The position numbers were made by a program, and so were the translations under genes. The notes beneath the pieces are model-generated. The model was not told the origin of the DNA, searched no databases, and worked only from the letters and a program-made list of their open reading frames with translations. Shown here in pieces: positions 59,343 to 64,000 of a DNA stretch of 64,000 nt (position 1 is its first letter; every line of letters starts with the position of its first letter). The stretch is from assembly GCA_963828165.1 (NCBI GenBank), contig CAWHDR010000001.1, positions 2,048,001 to 2,112,000 of the forward strand, given 5' to 3'. Origin of the DNA: an uncultured Chloroflexia bacterium (GTDB lineage: Bacteria; Chloroflexota; Limnocylindria; Limnocylindrales; CSP1-4).

Positions 59343-60368
59343 ATGAACATCCAGCAGCTCCTTGACGACGCGCTCGAGATCGCAGTCGTCCCCAGCTTTT
59401 CGGCCATCGGGTACTCAGTGCGCCGCCGCCTCCATGGGTGGACACCACCACCCGCCGACGTGTTGCGCGGCCAGACGGTCCTGATCACCGGACCGACTTC
59501 GGGTCTCGGCCGGGCAGCGACTGACGCGCTGGCCGGTTTGGGGGCCCGCATCGTCCTGGTGGGTCGTGACCGTGACCGGCTCACCGTGGTTCGGGATGAC
59601 CTGATCCGGACCCATGGCGCCGACCGCTTTCCGACCGTCGTCGCCGACATGGCCTCGCTGCCTTCGGTCCGGCACGCGGTGACGCACGTCTTGACCACGG
59701 AAGCCCGGCTCGACGTCGTCATCGACAACGCCGGCGCGATCTTCCCCGAGCGAGTCGAGAGCCCGGACGGATTCGAGGCGACCTTCGCGACCCTGGTCCT
59801 GGGTCCGTTCACCCTGCTCGCCGGACTGTTGCCCTTGCTCCGTTCGACCACTGGCGCACGCGTGGTCGCCGTGACCTCGGGCGGGATGTATGCGCAGCGA
59901 CTCCGACTCGACGACCTCCAGTGGGAGGACACGCCGTTCGAAGGCGCGCGCGCCTACGCGCACGCCAAGCGCGCCCAGGTCACGCTCGTACGGGAGTGGG
60001 CGCGGCGCGTCCCCGCCAACGAGGTCGTGTTCAACGCCATGCACCCGGGCTGGGCGGACACGCCCGGGATCTCCGCGGCGCTGCCGCGGTTCTACAGCCT
60101 GATGGACCCGATCCTGCGGACGCCGGAGCAGGGTGCCGATACCACGGTCTGGCTCGCCGCCGATCCGGCCGCCGCCGATGTCTCGGGCCGCGTCTTCCTG
60201 GATCGGCGGCCACGGCCGTTCGACCGCCTGCCCACGACCCGCGTCTCGGCCGACGACCGCGTCCGGTTGTGGGATGCGGTCGTCGGGCTCACGGGCGTGC
60301 CCGATCCGGCGCCGGCCCCAGATCGATCGCCCGCGACCCATCCACCCATTCAAGGAGCAAGGTCATGA
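59343..60368 (+). CDS. Short-chain dehydrogenase/reductase (DHRS12-like)
   Basis: TGPTSGLG, DNAG, SGGMY, YAHAK, MHPGWADTPG. Confidence 0.92.
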   Translation: MNIQQLLDDALEIAVVPSFSAIGYSVRRRLHGWTPPPADVLRGQTVLITGPTSGLGRAATDALAGLGARIVLVGRDRDRLTVVRDDLIRTHGADRFPTVVADMASLPSVRHAVTHVLTTEARLDVVIDNAGAIFPERVESPDGFEATFATLVLGPFTLLAGLLPLLRSTTGARVVAVTSGGMYAQRLRLDDLQWEDTPFEGARAYAHAKRAQVTLVREWARRVPANEVVFNAMHPGWADTPGISAALPRFYSLMDPILRTPEQGADTTVWLAADPAAADVSGRVFLDRRPRPFDRLPTTRVSADDRVRLWDAVVGLTGVPDPAPAPDRSPATHPPIQGARS

Positions 60369-60826
60369 CCCGCATCCACGAGCGCATCGCCACCAGCCTC
60401 CCGATCGAGGCCACATTCGACTACGTCGCTGACTTCGCGAACTCGGAGCAGTGGGATCCGGGTACCACCTCATCTCGTCGACTGGATGATGGGCCGGTCG
60501 GGCCTGGCGCCAAGTACGGCCTGACGGTCCGGATGGGCGGCCGCGTGGCCCCCATGGAGTACCAGATTCGCGACTTCGATCGGCCGCGCCGGGTGGTCCT
60601 CGTCGGCTCAGGCTCCAACGTCAAGGCCATCGACGAGATTCGTTTCGAACGCGCCGGGGACGGCACCGTCGTCTACTACACCGCGGATATCAGCCTTGGT
60701 GGGCTGTTGCGCCTCGCCGAGCCGTTCCTGGGCGGGACGTTCAAGAAGATCGGCCGCGACGCCGCGGCAGGCATGGACGTGGCGCTCGAGGACCTCGCGG
60801 CCCGACGCGACGAGGCGGCCAGCTGA
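60365..60826 (+). CDS. SRPBCC/polyketide cyclase family protein
   Basis: FDYVADF.N..QWDPG, GP.GPG; coupled to both neighbours. Confidence 0.88.
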   Translation: MTRIHERIATSLPIEATFDYVADFANSEQWDPGTTSSRRLDDGPVGPGAKYGLTVRMGGRVAPMEYQIRDFDRPRRVVLVGSGSNVKAIDEIRFERAGDGTVVYYTADISLGGLLRLAEPFLGGTFKKIGRDAAAGMDVALEDLAARRDEAAS

Positions 60827-62115
60827 TGCGCGTCGCGATCATCGGTGCCGGGATCAGCGGCCTGAGCGCCGCTTACGGCCTGCATCGCGAGCATGAAGTC
60901 AGGCTGTACGACGGGGAGTCGCCGGTCGGCGGCCACGTCAAGACCGTCATGGTCGACACGGCGAACGGACCGCTCCCGGTCGACATGGGGTTCATCGTCC
61001 ACAACGACGTCACGTACCCCACGTTCCTTAGGCTGATGGCCGAGCTCGGTGTCGAGACGCAGGCAAGCGATATGTCCCTCGGGTCTGCTTGCCGGGCCTG
61101 TGGCGTGGAGTTCAGCTCCCGCGGCGCACGTGGCTGGTTCGCACAGCCAGCCGCCGCGTTGCGTCCCGGCCATTGGCGGATGTTCGCGGACATCCTGCGG
61201 TTCTACCGCGACGCGCGCTCTCGGCTAGACGCCGACATCGCCTCGCGGGCGACGCTACGCGAATATCTCGAGGATCTCAGAGTCGGTCCGGGGTTCCAGG
61301 ACCACTTCCTGATCCCCATCACATCCGCGGTGTGGTCCACGGCGGCCGACCGGATCCTCGATTTTCCAGTCGACTACCTCCTGCGCTTCCTCGATCACCA
61401 CGGGTTGATCGGCGTCGGCCGAGCGCTGCAGTGGCGAACGATCGTCGGCGGCTCGATGACCTATGTCGAGCGGATCGTCGATCGGATCGGTCAGGATGCA
61501 GTCCGTGCCGGCGATCCGGTCGTGGCCGTGGCGCGGACCGAACTCGGGGTGACCGTCAGGACGGAGGGTGGTTCCAGCGACTCGTTCGATGCCGTCGTGC
61601 TTGCGACCCATGCCGACGATGCCCTGCGGGTCATGAGCGACGTCGACGCCCGGGAGCGGGCCGCCCTCGGGGCGTTCGCGTACTCCGAGAACCGAGTGGT
61701 CCTCCATACCGACCCCGCCCTGATGCCTCGGCGGCAGGGGGCTTGGGCGTCATGGAACATCGATCAGCAGGATCATCGCGCCCCCGGTGAGGCGCTCTCA
61801 ATGACCTATCACATGAACCGGCTCCAGGCCCTCCCCGGGCCCGACCAGTACTTCGTGTCGGTCAACCCGGATGCCCGGCTGGACCGAGCGCGAATCCTCG
61901 CGGACCGGACCATGCGTCATCCCATGTACACGTTCGAGACGCTCGAAGCGCAGGCTCGCGTCGCCGACCTGCAGGGCTGGCGCAACACGTTCTATGCCGG
62001 GGCGCACCTCGGCTACGGCTTCCACGAGGACGGTTGTCGGTCAGGGCTCGAGGCGGCCCGTCGGATCACCGCGGAGGCCGGCGTCATCGGGCAGATCGAG
62101 GAGCGGGCGGCATGA
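60826..62115 (+). CDS. FAD-dependent oxidoreductase (COG2907, UfaD/RSP1091-like)
   Basis: GAGISGL, GGH..T, VDMGFIV.N..TYP, WASWN, TYHMN.LQ, GFHEDG. Confidence 0.92.
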   Translation: MRVAIIGAGISGLSAAYGLHREHEVRLYDGESPVGGHVKTVMVDTANGPLPVDMGFIVHNDVTYPTFLRLMAELGVETQASDMSLGSACRACGVEFSSRGARGWFAQPAAALRPGHWRMFADILRFYRDARSRLDADIASRATLREYLEDLRVGPGFQDHFLIPITSAVWSTAADRILDFPVDYLLRFLDHHGLIGVGRALQWRTIVGGSMTYVERIVDRIGQDAVRAGDPVVAVARTELGVTVRTEGGSSDSFDAVVLATHADDALRVMSDVDARERAALGAFAYSENRVVLHTDPALMPRRQGAWASWNIDQQDHRAPGEALSMTYHMNRLQALPGPDQYFVSVNPDARLDRARILADRTMRHPMYTFETLEAQARVADLQGWRNTFYAGAHLGYGFHEDGCRSGLEAARRITAEAGVIGQIEERAA

Positions 62116-62852
62116 GAACGCATCTCCTGGAAGGCGTGGTCCGACATCGTCGCGCCCGACCGTTCGTGTATTCGCTCGAGCATCGGGTCCACTACGTTGC
62201 GCTCGACCTGGGCGAGCTCGACGATATCAACCGCTTCTCGCGGCTGCTCGGTCGCAACCGACGACGCGTCCTGGACGTCCGGGACGGCGATCATCTCGAC
62301 CCGCCCGCGACGAATCTCCGAGCGGCGTTCCTCGAGCACCTTCGGGCACACGACGAGGACCCCAGCGGATGGCAGATCACGCTCGTCACGAACCCCCGCG
62401 TGCTCGGATACGTGTTCAACCCGGCCAGCTTCTACCTCTGCCGTGACGGGGAGGGCACGCTCCGCGTCGTGGTCGTGGAGGTCCACAACACGCATGGGGA
62501 GCGCCATCTCTACACGTTGCGGCCGCGTGACCGGGCCCCGACGTTCCACGCTTCCATGGGGAAGGCGTTCTACGTCTCGCCGTTCATGGAAGCCGACGGT
62601 GCCTACACCGTCCGGGTCCGCGACGAGGCGTCGCGGCTGCGCATCACCATCAACCACGAGCAGCCGGACGGCCTCGTCCTGCATGCCAGCCTGGATCTGG
62701 TTCGGCGCCCATTGACGGACCGAAACCTCGTTCGGATCGTTCTCCGGCAACCGCTCGTGACCCACAAGACCACGCTGATGATCCACTGGCACGCTCTCCG
62801 CCTGTGGCTCCGCGGCGCTCGGTTTCACCGCCATCGAGAGGTTGTCCGATGA
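62112..62852 (+). CDS. DUF1365 protein (UfaO/RSP1090-like)
   Basis: [41 protein letters not shown]. Confidence 0.93.
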   Translation: MRTHLLEGVVRHRRARPFVYSLEHRVHYVALDLGELDDINRFSRLLGRNRRRVLDVRDGDHLDPPATNLRAAFLEHLRAHDEDPSGWQITLVTNPRVLGYVFNPASFYLCRDGEGTLRVVVVEVHNTHGERHLYTLRPRDRAPTFHASMGKAFYVSPFMEADGAYTVRVRDEASRLRITINHEQPDGLVLHASLDLVRRPLTDRNLVRIVLRQPLVTHKTTLMIHWHALRLWLRGARFHRHREVVR

Positions 62853-64000
62853 CCGCACGTACCGTCCCGTCGCGCCGCCCGATCAACGTCGGACCCATCC
62901 TCGAGCGCATCGCTTGGCGCGTCGCCCTCGCAGCCGCCCAGCGGATCCGTCACGGGCGGCTGACCGTGGTCCTGCCCGACGGATCGCGGTCGGTCCACGG
63001 CGACCCGGCCTCACCCGAGGGGGCGGAGATCCACATCCACGATGGTGGGGCGTTGACCAAGATGCTTCTCGGCGGTGAGACCGGGGGCGGTGAGGCGTAC
63101 ATGGACCGGCTGTGGTCCAGCCCCGACCTCGCGGCCTTGTTACGGCTTGCGGCCCGGAACCGAGAGGCGCTCGCGCTCTCGAGTGGCTGGTTCCGAGTGC
63201 CGGCTCAGCTCCTACGAACCATCGGCCACCGGACGCGCCATAACAGCAAGACCGGTAGTCGCAGGAACATCGCGGCGCACTACGACCTGGGCAACGACTT
63301 CTACCGGCTCTTCCTGGACGAGACGCTGACCTACTCGAGCGCGGTCTTCGCTGCGCCAGACCAGGATCTCGCCGATGCACAGCGGAACAAGTACCGGGTC
63401 ATCGCCGCCAAGGCCGGCCTCCAGGCGGGTCAGCACGTCCTCGAGATCGGGACCGGCTGGGGTGGCTTCGCCATCTATGCGGCCGGTGAACTTGGCTGCC
63501 ACGTCACCTCCGTCACGATCTCGCAGGAGCAGTACGACCTAGCTCGGCAGCGCGTCCACGCGGCCGGCCTCGACCATTTGGTGGAGATCCAGCTTCGCGA
63601 CTATCGCGACATCGAGGGGACGTACGACGCGATCGTCTCGATCGAGATGCTCGAGGCCGTTGGGGCGGAGTATTTCGGGACCTTCTTCGAGGTCTGTGAC
63701 CGGGCCCTGCGACCTGGTGGTCGAATGAGCCTGCAGTCGATCACGTTCCCGGACGCGGCCTACGAACGGCAGCGCCAGGGTGCGAACTGGATCCAGACAT
63801 ACATCTTCCCGGGTGGGTTGTGCCCGTCACTGGCGGTCATCGAACGCTCGACCCGTGACACGCAGTTCTTGATCACCCGCGTGACCGACATCGCGGGCTC
63901 GTACGCTCTGACGTTGCGAGCCTGGCGGGAGCGGTTCATGGCGAGGCTCGACGACGTGCGCGCGATGGGCTTCGACGAGCGGTTCATCCGGATGTGGGAG
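62849..64000 (+). CDS. cfa: Cyclopropane-fatty-acyl-phospholipid synthase family methyltransferase (runs off the window)
   Basis: NIAAHYDLGNDFY, TYSSA, LEIGTGWGG, SIEMLEAVG, WIQTYIFPGG. Confidence 0.93.
   Translation, partial: MTARTVPSRRPINVGPILERIAWRVALAAAQRIRHGRLTVVLPDGSRSVHGDPASPEGAEIHIHDGGALTKMLLGGETGGGEAYMDRLWSSPDLAALLRLAARNREALALSSGWFRVPAQLLRTIGHRTRHNSKTGSRRNIAAHYDLGNDFYRLFLDETLTYSSAVFAAPDQDLADAQRNKYRVIAAKAGLQAGQHVLEIGTGWGGFAIYAAGELGCHVTSVTISQEQYDLARQRVHAAGLDHLVEIQLRDYRDIEGTYDAIVSIEMLEAVGAEYFGTFFEVCDRALRPGGRMSLQSITFPDAAYERQRQGANWIQTYIFPGGLCPSLAVIERSTRDTQFLITRVTDIAGSYALTLRAWRERFMARLDDVRAMGFDERFIRMWE

Overview
GC-rich, gene-dense bacterial chromosomal window with about 65 CDS. No rRNA, tRNA, CRISPR array, transposase or phage gene was recognised. 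Gene content (F420-type LLM enzymes, YcaQ, PAC2, Rv2578c-like radical SAM, many apparently leaderless genes) fits a high-GC Terrabacteria genome, possibly Chloroflexota (inference only). Main points: (1) a GreA with an intact acidic tip fused to an N-terminal GIY-YIG-like domain; (2) two CarH/LitR-type B12-binding MerR regulators 18 kb apart, each divergent from its targets across the same TTGACA-N18-TAAAGT promoter with TnnACA repeats; the targets are DUF378-fasciclin and a DUF4397-SDR-SRPBCC-FAD oxidoreductase-DUF1365-cfa operon resembling the furan fatty acid/singlet-oxygen genes; (3) a WYL regulator whose palindromic operator recurs in front of a 61-aa ORF next to a structured intergenic region; (4) a 6xGAF-4xPAS histidine kinase with two response regulators; (5) several enzymes with altered catalytic motifs. 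Six +1 frameshifts in four genes look like sequencing or assembly errors. All family assignments come from motif recognition by eye, not database searches.
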